In this document: positions 8,841 through 18,128 of the stretch, piece after piece
Layout of the letters: each line of letters begins with the position of its first letter
Position numbering within the stretch: the first letter of the stretch is position 1
Assembly: GCA_037927135.1 (NCBI GenBank)
Contig: JAXSPP010000001.1
Span: 268,938-332,937 of the forward strand
Length of the DNA: 64,000 bases
DNA from: Candidatus Pampinifervens sinense
GTDB taxonomy: Bacteria; Aquificota; Aquificia; Aquificales; Aquificaceae
Direction of reading: 5' to 3'
Program-made: the position numbers and the translations under genes
The notes under the pieces: generated by a model
Told to the model about the DNA's origin: nothing
The model's database searches: none
The model's input: the letters and a program-made list of their open reading frames with translations, nothing else

Positions 8841-10586
8841 TTATACCCTACTTAGCATCATCTTCCTTTTGTGCATTACAAACTCCCTCACACCCTTCAC
8901 ATCCCTTGTGTTTAGCACAAGCTCTGGCACAGCCCAGCCCCTTCTGGCAAGGCCCACGCCAAGCTCCATATAAGACAGATGCTTGGTAGAGTGGGCATCG
9001 GTAACAATGGCTATCATCACCCCCACTTCCATACACCTCCTTATGTTCTCTGGAGAGAGGTCCGCTCTGTAAGTGTTTAGCTCCAAGGCCGTGTTCGTTT
9101 CCTTTGCCATCTGTATTATCCTCTCCATATCCAAAGGATAGCCCTGCCTTGTGCCGTAGGCCTTTCCCGTAGGATGTCCTATGAGGTTTACAAAGGGGTT
9201 TTCCATGGCCTTTAGTATTCTGTAGGTGTTGTCCTGGTTAAACCTTGAGTGGATGGATGCTACCACAAAGTCAAACTCCTCAAGCAGGCTGTCTGGCAAA
9301 TCAAGGCTTCCGTCGGGCAGTATATCCACCTCACAACCCCTTAGTATATAAAAGCCCTTTGAATTGTAGTATTGATTTAGCCTTTCAATAAGCTTAAACT
9401 GTTCTTTGTACCTTGCTGGGTCAAGGCCGTTGGCCACCCTAGCAGACTGGGAGTGGTCTCCTATGACCATGTACTCATAGCCCAGCTGGTAGCAGGCCTC
9501 AGCCATCTCCTCCAAGGTGTTTAGGCCATCGCTCCAGTTGGAATGCATATGAAAGTCTCCCTTTATGTCCTTTAGCTCCACAAGCCTTGGCAGGGCCCTT
9601 TGCATGGCAAGCTCTATCTCCCCCGTGTTCTCCCTCAATTCTGGCGGTATCCACTCCATACCAAGAAGCTCATATATCTCCTCTTCCGTTGACCCCCCTA
9701 TGCGCTCTTCCGTGTCCGCCTTAAAAAGACCATATTCACTCAGCTTTAGGCCCATGGCCTTGGCAATATCCCTTAGCCTCACGTTATGTTCCTTTGACCC
9801 TGTAAAGTATTGGAGTGCAGCCCCCCACTGGTGAGGTTCTACCGTCCTTAAATCCACCTGCCTTCCCTCTTGCAAGACCACGCTTGACTTGGTCTCACCG
9901 CTTAATAAAACCTCCTTGACGCCAGCATAAGTTATAAAGTGTTGGTGTAGCTTGGGCCAGTTTTCTCTCTTTGCTGAGATAAGTATGTCTATGTCTCCTA
10001 TGGTTTCCTTCCTCCTCCTTAGGCTTCCGGCCAGCTCTATGTTCTCATAAAGGCCCTTTAGGGCCTCAAAGTGTTTGAGGATGGACCTTCCTATCTCATA
10101 AGCCTCCAAAAGGGTCATCCTTTCCTTGCTCTTCTCCCAAAGCTCAAGGCCTCTTAGGATGTTCTGAATCTTCTTCTCTCCCATTCCAGGCAAAAAGGCA
10201 AGCTTACCGCTCTTTACGGCATTTATAAAGTCCTCCTTTGTCCTCACCTTTAGCCTGTCATAAGCAAGCTTTAGGGTCTTTACGCCTATGCCTGGCACTT
10301 CAAGGAGTTCTAAGAGGTCCTCTGGCACCTTTTGTTTTAGCTCCTCATAGGCGCTCACCTTTCCGGTCCTTAGGTATTCCAATATCTTCTCTATGCTGGA
10401 TTGGCCTATGCCATGTATATGGTATATCTTTCCTGTGCGCACAAGCTCTTCCACATCCTCTCCCAATTCTGATAATACTTCGGCCACCCTCCTGTAGGTG
10501 TTTATGCGGTAGGGGTTGTCGCCGAGGAACTCAAGCATATCTGCCATCCTCTCAAAGATACGGGCAAGCTCCTTGTTCTTCTCCAT
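8841..10586 (-). CDS. polX: DNA polymerase X / PHP-domain exonuclease
   Basis: AGSLRRRKETIGDIDIL, YFTGSKEHN; PHP motifs DFHMHSNWSDG and TDAH. Confidence 0.95.
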   Translation of the reverse strand: MEKNKELARIFERMADMLEFLGDNPYRINTYRRVAEVLSELGEDVEELVRTGKIYHIHGIGQSSIEKILEYLRTGKVSAYEELKQKVPEDLLELLEVPGIGVKTLKLAYDRLKVRTKEDFINAVKSGKLAFLPGMGEKKIQNILRGLELWEKSKERMTLLEAYEIGRSILKHFEALKGLYENIELAGSLRRRKETIGDIDILISAKRENWPKLHQHFITYAGVKEVLLSGETKSSVVLQEGRQVDLRTVEPHQWGAALQYFTGSKEHNVRLRDIAKAMGLKLSEYGLFKADTEERIGGSTEEEIYELLGMEWIPPELRENTGEIELAMQRALPRLVELKDIKGDFHMHSNWSDGLNTLEEMAEACYQLGYEYMVIGDHSQSARVANGLDPARYKEQFKLIERLNQYYNSKGFYILRGCEVDILPDGSLDLPDSLLEEFDFVVASIHSRFNQDNTYRILKAMENPFVNLIGHPTGKAYGTRQGYPLDMERIIQMAKETNTALELNTYRADLSPENIRRCMEVGVMIAIVTDAHSTKHLSYMELGVGLARRGWAVPELVLNTRDVKGVREFVMHKRKMMLSRV

Positions 10587-10602
10587 AGAGTAAAATTTAG
10601 GT

Positions 10603-11424
10603 ATGGACCTTCTTTCTTACAGCCTATTTTTGGAAGGCTTCCTCTCTGCCTTTTTTATAGCCCTTTCCACAGCCCTCATTGGCCTTTTCCTTCTTATAAA
10701 AAGGCTTGCCATGCTTGGTGCAGGACTCTCTCACGCCGCCTTTGGTGGCATAGCTCTTGCCTTAGTTTTAAACATAGACCCAATGATATTTACCCTCTTT
10801 TACACAGTAGTGCTTGGCCTTTTAGTTCAGTTTTTGGTAGATAAAAAGTCCTTGCCTGCGGACACGGTTGTGGCCCTCTTTTTCTCCTTGGGTGTGGCCC
10901 TTGCCATAATCATACTAGGCATAACAGACAACCTTGGCACCAACGTCTTTTCTTACCTCTTTGGAAGCATGCTAACTGCTTCAAAGACAGACCTTATAAT
11001 ATCCTTTACCATCTTCCTTATAACCCTCTCCTTTATCCTTTTAAACTACAGGGGCCTTCTCTTTGTGTGTTTTAACGAAGAACTGGGTAAGCTAAGGGGC
11101 ATAAGGGTAAAGGCTTTAAACTATGCCCTAATTGCCTTAGCTTCTGCCAACATAGTCCTCTCCATAAAGGCTGTAGGCCTTGTGCTTTCGGCCAGCTTTA
11201 TATCCATCCCAGCCATGACCTCCCTTATGGTCTCTAGCTCCTTCCTTCAAAGCCTTCTGTTTTCTGCTGGCTTTTCCTTTATTTCTCTCTTCTTTGGCAT
11301 AGCCCTTTCCCTCCTTTTTGACCTTCCTCCCAGCGGTGCGGTGGTGGTCTGCATGGTTATAATCTTCCTTACAACAGCCTTCAGTAAGATGGTGTTTAAA
11401 GGGCTTCAGAGGCTTTTAAGCTAA
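10603..11424 (+). CDS. Metal (Zn/Mn) ABC transporter permease, ZnuB family
   Basis: Multi-TM protein; GLSHAAFGGIAL, YLFGS, VGLVL..IPA, DLPPSG. Confidence 0.88.
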   Translation: MDLLSYSLFLEGFLSAFFIALSTALIGLFLLIKRLAMLGAGLSHAAFGGIALALVLNIDPMIFTLFYTVVLGLLVQFLVDKKSLPADTVVALFFSLGVALAIIILGITDNLGTNVFSYLFGSMLTASKTDLIISFTIFLITLSFILLNYRGLLFVCFNEELGKLRGIRVKALNYALIALASANIVLSIKAVGLVLSASFISIPAMTSLMVSSSFLQSLLFSAGFSFISLFFGIALSLLFDLPPSGAVVVCMVIIFLTTAFSKMVFKGLQRLLS

Positions 11425-12304
11425 GCTTTTCCTTGAGCCTACATATGGAGCAAACCTCAGCGCTTGTAGGCTCACCGCATATCTTACAGGGTCTTAGCTG
11501 GGCCTTCCTTGATTGAAGTAGTGGATGTATCTTCCTCAAAAAGTCCATGTAGAACCTTAGCTTTGTGCCCGGGCTTTTCTCCTCTATCTCAGATAGTATC
11601 TTCTTGTACTCAATGGAGCTGGCACCTTCGGAAAAAGGACATTCCTCTTCCACAAACTCAATACCGGACAGAAAGGCATAAAGGGCATTCTCCTTCTCTG
11701 TAAACTTAAACAGGGGCTTTACCTTACGCACAAAGCCTTCCTCCTCCCAAAGGACGGGGAACTGCCTTGAGAGGTAGTCCATATTCCAACTTAGCACGTT
11801 GGAAAGGAGAGTGGCGCTCTCATCGTCCAGGTTGTGCCCTGTGGCCACCACCCTATAGCCCTCCCTTTTGGCCACATGGTTCATATAATACCTCTTTATC
11901 TGACCACAGAAAGAACAAGCTGGCCTGCTTTCCCTCTCCTTTATCTCCGGTATGGTAGCTATCTCCTTGCCTAGCTCAACCACATGAAGCTTTAAGGACC
12001 TCTCTTTGGCAAACCTTTCACACACCTCCCTTGAACGCCTTGAATAGTCCCCTATACCAAGGTCTATATAAAGGCCATCGGCCTCGTAGCCAAGCCTGCA
12101 CAAGGCATCCCACAGGGAAAGGCTGTCCTTTCCACCAGAGACGGCCACAAGCACCCTCTCCCCCTTCCTTATCATCCTAAACTCCCTTATGGTCTCCTTT
12201 ACCCTCTTTAAATACCACTCAAGGTAATGCTCCTTGCAAAAAGCTATCCTGTATTGCCTCAGGTATACTACCGCCTTCTGGCCACACTTATAGCACCTTC
12301 TCAT
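11396..12304 (-). CDS. ttuA: tRNA 2-thiolation enzyme TtuA (TIGR00269 type)
   Basis: N- and C-terminal Zn fingers, VAVSGGKDS PP-loop, CSFC, ATGHNLDDE; start moved to ATG of MRRCYKC. Confidence 0.88.
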   Translation of the reverse strand: MRRCYKCGQKAVVYLRQYRIAFCKEHYLEWYLKRVKETIREFRMIRKGERVLVAVSGGKDSLSLWDALCRLGYEADGLYIDLGIGDYSRRSREVCERFAKERSLKLHVVELGKEIATIPEIKERESRPACSFCGQIKRYYMNHVAKREGYRVVATGHNLDDESATLLSNVLSWNMDYLSRQFPVLWEEEGFVRKVKPLFKFTEKENALYAFLSGIEFVEEECPFSEGASSIEYKKILSEIEEKSPGTKLRFYMDFLRKIHPLLQSRKAQLRPCKICGEPTSAEVCSICRLKEKLSLKASEAL

Positions 12305-12320
12305 AGATATTAAAGATACT

Positions 12321-13046
12321 TCAGAGGCCAAAGATCACCTGCTTTCCACCTTGCACCTTCAAGGGTGTGGTATGCCTCAAAAGGTTTATGGAAAACTCCA
12401 GATTATCATAAAGGGTTATAGAATAGTTGTCCCAGAAGACGCAAGTGCCAGCCAGGCAGAAGTAGCCTCCGCTTGTGGGTGCCAGCTGTTCCGCTATCAA
12501 AAGGGTGTAGTTGCCCATGTTGGACTGGGCTGTGTCTTCAGCCCTTACCACCACCTTTATATCGGGCATGAGGGGCTTTATGGAGGCACTGCATGCAAGC
12601 ATTATACGGTTTACATTCACCTCATTCTTCTCATTCTTGTTATACCTTCTTATCTTTGAAGTGACCACAAAGTACTTGTCCCCTTGGTGGTTGTTTACCT
12701 CATCGGTCACCTCGTCGGGGTTTAGCTCCATGCCAAACCTTCTTGCAAGGCTGTTGCATGTGTCCGCTATGTGATCCTCATTCTTATAGTATCCCAAAAG
12801 GATCACCTTTTTGCCTTCTTCCCAAACCCACTTTTCTACTTCCTCCGCCTCCTTTTCACTAAAAGGCACCTCTGGATAGTTAAAGACTATAGTGTCATAC
12901 TCTGGAAGCTTTTCCCACTTGTCCACCTCATGTATTATGAGGCCTCTCTTTTCTGCCTCCCTTTGGAGGATGGAAAAGTAGTAGTAGTCCGTTATGGTAA
13001 ACTCTTGGTGTGTTATGCTCCAAGCCACTCTTGTTTGTCTGAGCAT
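12321..13046 (-). CDS. Hypothetical protein, possibly DUF4350/GldG-like (class I GATase-like fold)
   Basis: 241-aa ORF; pattern VAWSITHQE..., PFSEKEAEEVEKWV.EGKKVILLG, DNLEFSINLL recalls that family. Confidence 0.5.
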   Translation of the reverse strand: MLRQTRVAWSITHQEFTITDYYYFSILQREAEKRGLIIHEVDKWEKLPEYDTIVFNYPEVPFSEKEAEEVEKWVWEEGKKVILLGYYKNEDHIADTCNSLARRFGMELNPDEVTDEVNNHQGDKYFVVTSKIRRYNKNEKNEVNVNRIMLACSASIKPLMPDIKVVVRAEDTAQSNMGNYTLLIAEQLAPTSGGYFCLAGTCVFWDNYSITLYDNLEFSINLLRHTTPLKVQGGKQVIFGL

Positions 13047-13053
13047 AGCTTAA

Positions 13054-15024
13054 TTATACCACAGGCTTTAAAAAGGCTGTGTGTATGCTCTTTTTGCCCG
13101 ATGGGAACTCCACAAGAGCCTTTGAATCCTCAAGGCTTAGAATGAGGCCCTCTCCAAAGACCTCATGCCACACCCTATCACCCACCTTGAACCTATGAAG
13201 GCTTTTTAGCTCTGGCATGTAGGTGGTCTTCTTCTTTACAAAGGCCGAAAGGTCAAGGAGGTTTTTGGGTATGTAAGATAGGAACCTGCTGGGCTTTGAA
13301 TCCCTTGTGTAGCTCATAAAGAGTAGGTCCTTTGCCCTCGTTATGGCCACATAGAAAAGCCTTAGCTCCTCCTCAAGCTCCTCCTCGCTCTCCAAGGCCT
13401 TCTCATGGGGCAGTATGCCCTCTTCTAGCCTTGGAAGGAAGACCACATCAAACTCCAAGCCCTTGCTGGCATGTATGGTCATTATCCTCACCGCTCCCTC
13501 TTCCTCCTCCTGCTCCAAAAGAAAGTCTATCTCTTTGAAGACCTCCTCCAAGCTATAGCCCTCCTCTCTTTTCTGCCTTAAATACCTTATTAGCTCCCTC
13601 ACATTCTCCTTTCTTTCCTCGCTGTCCTTGTATTCCTCCTCCAGGTAGGACCAAAAGCCTACCCTTTCAAGGAACTCTTCAAAGGATTTTGCATAGTCCT
13701 CAAGGCCCTTCTTCAAAAGGGATAGGTTTTTCAAAAGGCCATAGAGCTCTATGGCCTTACTTTGAGGAAGTTCTTTTAAGGCAAGCCTTGAGCCCTCCAA
13801 ACAGTTGCCCTTGCCAAGCTCCACTATAAGCTCTAAGCTCTTTTCCCCTATACCCCTTGTGGCCACCCTTACAGCCCTCTCAAAGCTAAACCTATCGTAA
13901 GGGTTTACAAGAAGCTTTAAAAAACTCAAGGCATCCTTTATCTCAGCCCTTTCAAAGAACCTTATGGCACCCACCACCTTATAGGGTATCTTAAAGCTAT
14001 AAAGGGCCCTCTCAATAGCCTCCGTAATGTAGCCCACCCTAACAAGGATGGCTATCTGGGAGTGTTTGTAGTGGTTTAAAAGCTCTTTTACCTTTGAGGC
14101 TATCCATAGGGCTTCTTCTTCTGGTTTTTCAAACCTTCTTACCACAGGCCTCTCTTCCCCCTGCCTTATGGGCCTAAGGGTTGGCACAAGATCCTTCCAT
14201 TGGGCCTTGGAAGCCTGAAGTATGGAATTGGCCACATACAGTATGTAGGGCTTTGAACGGTAGTTATACTCCAGCTTTATCACATCTGGGTTAAAGTCCT
14301 CCATAAAGCGCAGAATGTTGTCCGGCCTTGCATACCTCCACTCATAGATACACTGGTTTGGGTCCCCTATCACGCATACATTCTTGTCCGCAATGAGCCT
14401 TAGGACCTCATACTGCACCGTGTTCGTATCCTGAAATTCATCCACTAAAACAAAGTCAAAGTCTTCCCTTATGCTCGGCCTTAACTTCAAGAGTTTTAGA
14501 AGGTAGAGCATGATAAGGCTAAAATCAAGAAGGTTCATCTCCTTTGCAATGGTCAAATACTCTTTGAAGGCCATCTCAAGCCTCTCACTTCCCCCCGGCT
14601 CCTTTAGGTCCTCTATCCTGCGCAAAATGTAGGCCTTTAGGTCCTCCGGGTTTAGGTTTTTTAGCTGGGCTATCTTTTTGATAAGCTTGTTCCTGTCCTC
14701 TTCTGAGAGTAAAGTAAAGTCAGGCCTTAGCCCTATTTCCCTTCCCCTCTCCTTCAAAAGCCTTAGAGCTACAGAGTGAAAGGTGCCAGCCCAAGGAAGC
14801 TCCACTCCAGTCACCTTTTTCACCCTTTCCCTTATCTCCCTGCTTGCTTTGTTGGTAAAGGTGATGGCCAAGATCCTTGAAGGGTCTATGGCCTTTTCCC
14901 TTATGAGAAACTCCACCTTGTGGGCCAAGGTCTTGGTCTTTCCAGAGCCAGCACCCGCTATAACAAGAAGGGGCCTTCCAAAGTGTCTTACCGCCTCCTC
15001 CTGAGATGGGTTTAGCCTCTCCAT
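13054..15024 (-). CDS. pcrA: UvrD/PcrA superfamily I DNA helicase
   Basis: AGAGSGKT, LVDEFQDTN, GDPNQCIY, NYRS, MTIHASKGLEF, YVAITRA; C-terminal Tudor-like VWHEVFGEG. Confidence 0.92.
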   Translation of the reverse strand: MERLNPSQEEAVRHFGRPLLVIAGAGSGKTKTLAHKVEFLIREKAIDPSRILAITFTNKASREIRERVKKVTGVELPWAGTFHSVALRLLKERGREIGLRPDFTLLSEEDRNKLIKKIAQLKNLNPEDLKAYILRRIEDLKEPGGSERLEMAFKEYLTIAKEMNLLDFSLIMLYLLKLLKLRPSIREDFDFVLVDEFQDTNTVQYEVLRLIADKNVCVIGDPNQCIYEWRYARPDNILRFMEDFNPDVIKLEYNYRSKPYILYVANSILQASKAQWKDLVPTLRPIRQGEERPVVRRFEKPEEEALWIASKVKELLNHYKHSQIAILVRVGYITEAIERALYSFKIPYKVVGAIRFFERAEIKDALSFLKLLVNPYDRFSFERAVRVATRGIGEKSLELIVELGKGNCLEGSRLALKELPQSKAIELYGLLKNLSLLKKGLEDYAKSFEEFLERVGFWSYLEEEYKDSEERKENVRELIRYLRQKREEGYSLEEVFKEIDFLLEQEEEEGAVRIMTIHASKGLEFDVVFLPRLEEGILPHEKALESEEELEEELRLFYVAITRAKDLLFMSYTRDSKPSRFLSYIPKNLLDLSAFVKKKTTYMPELKSLHRFKVGDRVWHEVFGEGLILSLEDSKALVEFPSGKKSIHTAFLKPVV

Positions 15025-15050
15025 GGAAGGTTTAAAAATATGCTACCACA

Positions 15051-15074
15051 AGTTTATGTAAGCAAGCATAAACT
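15051..15074. promoter_or_regulatory. Inverted repeat AGTTTATG-N8-CATAAACT, candidate TetR operator
   Basis: Perfect 8-bp arms between divergent pcrA and tetR, just upstream of TATAAT (15077-15082). Confidence 0.55.
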
Positions 15075-15089
15075 GATATAATATTCACC

Positions 15090-15644
15090 ATGCGACGCAA
15101 AGGAACAAAGGAGAAGATATTAGAGGCTTCCCTTAGGCTCTTTTCTGAAAAGGGAATAAGGGAGACCACCATTAAAGACATAGCCAAGGAGGTGGGCATA
15201 ACAGAGGGAGCCATATACAGGCATTTCAAAAGCAAAGAGGAGATAGTGCTGGGGCTTTTTGGGTCCTACTCTGAAGAGCTTTATAATAGGCTAATCTCTG
15301 TAGTCAAGGAGGAAGCACCTTATAAGGAACGCTTTTACAAAGCTGTAGAGACCTTTCTCTCCTTTGCCTTTGAAAACCCTTCCGCCTTTAGATATCTAAA
15401 CATCTTCCACTACCTTAGGGCTGAGGATATAAAAGGCTTTGAAAGGCTTCCAAAGGATGCCCTGCTTGAACTCATTGAAAGGGGCATAGAGGAAGGCCTC
15501 ATAAAAATAAGAAAAGAGTATGCCCTTGCGGTCTTTGTGGGAACCTTAGAAAGGATCTTCCTTTTGGTGGAGGCGGGAGTATTAGGAAGAGAAGAAGTAA
15601 AAGGAGAGGAGATAGCCAACATAATATGGAAGGCCTTAGTATGA
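15090..15644 (+). CDS. TetR/AcrR family transcriptional regulator
   Basis: N-terminal HTH TTIKDIAKEVGITEGAIYRHFKSKEEI. Confidence 0.93.
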   Translation: MRRKGTKEKILEASLRLFSEKGIRETTIKDIAKEVGITEGAIYRHFKSKEEIVLGLFGSYSEELYNRLISVVKEEAPYKERFYKAVETFLSFAFENPSAFRYLNIFHYLRAEDIKGFERLPKDALLELIERGIEEGLIKIRKEYALAVFVGTLERIFLLVEAGVLGREEVKGEEIANIIWKALV

Positions 15645-15645
15645 G

Positions 15646-15725
15646 GACCCCGCACCCGAGACGGCGGGCCTACCGTTGCTCCCTTTCGGGCCTGGCGGGG
15701 TTCAACCCTGTCCCGTTGCGGGGCT
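15646..15725 (-). ncRNA. ffs: Signal recognition particle RNA (4.5S type)
   Basis: Minus strand reads GCCCCGCA...CCGCCAGGCCCGAAAGGGAGCAACGG...TGCGGGGTC: helix-8 signature (CAGG, GAAA tetraloop, AGCA) in a long hairpin; -10 TATAAT about 7 nt upstream. Ends approximate. Confidence 0.9.
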
Positions 15726-17045
15726 ATTTATAATTATATCCTCATTGGCCTCCTTTGACCACTCTTGCATGGCCCTTAGGGCCCTCTCTGCCAAAAGCTT
15801 TTTCCTCTCTTGCTTGTCCTTTACCTTTACATCCAAAGGTGGCAAAAGGCCAAGCACTGGGGACATGGGCTGAAGCGTTCCTTCTTTTGTGGTTATATAC
15901 TTCACCAAAGCTCCAAGCATGGTTTCCTCTGGAGCCATAAGTAGCTTCTTTCCCTTTATAAGCCTTCCTGCGTTTATGCCAGCCAATATGCCCGTGGCTG
16001 CGGAGGCCACATAGCCTTCCACGCCCGTTATCTGCCCAGCAAAGAAGATGTTTTCATACTTTCTCATGTTCAAAAAGGGCGTTAGCACCCTGTTGGACTG
16101 TATGAAAGTATTCCTATGCATGGAGCCAAGCTTTACAAAGACAGCATTCCTCAAGCAGGGTATTAGCCTTAGGACCCTCTTTTGCTCCGAGTAGGTCATC
16201 CTGGTCTGAAAGCCCACCAAGGAAAGAAGAGTTCCTTCCTTGTTTTCCTTTCTTAGCTGGACCACCGCAAAGGGTTGTTTTCCAGTCCTTGGGTCCACAA
16301 GGCCCACGGGCTTCATAGGCCCAAAGAGCAAGGTCTTATAGCCCCTTTCGGCCATCTCCTCTATGGGCATACAGCCCTCAAAACAAACAAGGTTTTCAAA
16401 TTCCTTTGGCTTTATCTTCTCAGCCTTCAAAAGCTCCTCATAAAAGACCCTATACTCCTCCTCTGTAAGCACGCAGTTAAAGTAATCATCCCCACCCTTC
16501 CCATAACGGGAAGCCCAAAAGCCCTTTGAAAAGTCCACGCTGTCGGCCTCCACTATGGGAGCTATGGCATCGTAAAAGTAAAGGTAATCAAAGCCTACCA
16601 GCTCCTTTATGTCTTCCGCCAGAGCTTCGGAGGTAAGGGGCCCAGAGGCCACTATCACCACCCTATCCCTTGGAACCTTCTTTACCTCTTCCCTTACAAG
16701 CCTTATGTTGGGATGATCTTGTATCTTCTTTGTTATATAATCGGAAAAGATTTCTCTGTCCACCGCCAAGGCAGTGCCCGCAGGCACATAGGCATACCTG
16801 CCAGCGGAGACCACAAGAGAATCAAGCATCTCCATCTCAGCCTTAAGAAGCCCTGCACCGGAAGTGATTTCCATACTACCAAGGGTGTTGCTACATACAA
16901 GCTCGGCAAGCTTATCCGTCCTGTGAGCTGGCGTGGGCCTTTGAGGCCTCATCTCATAAAGAAGCACCCTTATGCCCATGTTGGCCAGCCTGTAGCTGGC
17001 CTCCACACCCGCCAAACCACCACCTATTACAATCACCTCTTCCAT
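15702..17045 (-). CDS. trmFO: Folate/FAD-dependent tRNA m5U54 methyltransferase
   Basis: VIGGGLAGVEA, AELVCSN, FYDAIAP, MHRNTFI, AGQITGVEGY; start moved to ATG of MEEVIVIG. Confidence 0.95.
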   Translation of the reverse strand: MEEVIVIGGGLAGVEASYRLANMGIRVLLYEMRPQRPTPAHRTDKLAELVCSNTLGSMEITSGAGLLKAEMEMLDSLVVSAGRYAYVPAGTALAVDREIFSDYITKKIQDHPNIRLVREEVKKVPRDRVVIVASGPLTSEALAEDIKELVGFDYLYFYDAIAPIVEADSVDFSKGFWASRYGKGGDDYFNCVLTEEEYRVFYEELLKAEKIKPKEFENLVCFEGCMPIEEMAERGYKTLLFGPMKPVGLVDPRTGKQPFAVVQLRKENKEGTLLSLVGFQTRMTYSEQKRVLRLIPCLRNAVFVKLGSMHRNTFIQSNRVLTPFLNMRKYENIFFAGQITGVEGYVASAATGILAGINAGRLIKGKKLLMAPEETMLGALVKYITTKEGTLQPMSPVLGLLPPLDVKVKDKQERKKLLAERALRAMQEWSKEANEDIIINSPATGQG

Positions 17046-17074
17046 AAGCTTTATTTTATAATAATACGCTGGGG

Positions 17075-18113
17075 GTGGCACTTTTGAAAGAGCTTTGGCT
17101 TTTTATTGCTTCATTCCTTCTCTCTTTTACAGCCTGCTATCTTTTCATAAGGTTTAACCCCTTTGGCAGTTGGGCCTATGACCCTACCTCCGGTGGCCCT
17201 CAGAAGTTTCACACCAAGCCTGTGCCAAGGGTGGGAGGCCTTGCCATATTTATAACACTTTTGTTCTTCTCCCTCTTCGAAGGTTCCTATTGGACCCTTG
17301 TCCTATGCACTCTTCCTGCCTTTTTGGGTGGCCTTTTGGAGGACCTTACCAAAAGGGTGGGAGTAAGAGAGCGCTTTTTCCTTACCATGCTTTCCGGCGC
17401 CCTTGGCTACTTTCTCCTTGATGCCTACATAAACCGTGTGGACCTTCCCATCTTTGACCACCTTTTGAGCCTCTCCCTTGCATCCTTTGCCTTTACAGTC
17501 TTTGCAGTAGGTGGAGTGGCCAACGCCATAAACATAATAGATGGCTACAACGGCCTTGCCAGCGGCGTATCCCTCCTTAGCCTCTTGGCCCTTGGCTATG
17601 TGTCTTATTTGGTGGGGGACTATCATCTTGCCAAGCTGTGCCTCCTTTTATGCTGTGCCATCTTAGGCTTTTTCCTTTGGAACTACCCTTCCGGAAGTAT
17701 CTTTTTAGGCGACGGTGGAGCCTACCTCCTTGGCTTCCTGATAGCGGAAGTGAGCGTGCTTTTGGTTCAAAGGAACCCAGAGGTCTCCCCATGGTTCCCC
17801 TTGCTTGTGGTAGCCTACCCGGTGGTGGAAACACTTTTTTCTATTTATAGGAGAAAAATTCTAAGAGATATTAGCCCAGGAGAGCCAGATAGACTACATT
17901 TACACTCTCTCATATACAAAAGGCTGGTAAAGGTGGAAGACAAGCTTCTAAGAAACTCCATGACCTCCCCCTACCTATGGACCCTAAGCCTCCTAAGCAT
18001 AATTCCCGCCGTGATCTTTTGGAGGAATACTTTAACTTATAGCACTTTTCCTTTGCTTTGTGTGGGTTTATGTGGTTTTTTATAGAAGGTTGGTGAGGTT
18101 TGGGAGGGTATGA
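17075..18113 (+). CDS. WecA/MraY-like glycosyltransferase family 4; apparent frameshift near 18035
   Basis: PRVGGLAI, NAINIIDGYNGLA, IFLGDGGAY, PDRLHLH; the last TM helix (LIALFLCFVWVYVVFYRRLVRF) is in another frame ending at TGA 18113. Confidence 0.85.
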
Positions 18114-18128
18114 AGGAGGTAATTTTAT

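Noticed and set aside
5148..15024. rnhC, polX and pcrA as a dedicated repair or defence island
   Set aside because: They are interleaved with unrelated housekeeping genes in mixed orientation, as in the rest of the window
15676..15873. 65-aa plus-strand ORF
   Set aside because: Antisense to the SRP RNA and trmFO; the GC-rich sequence is explained by the RNA structure
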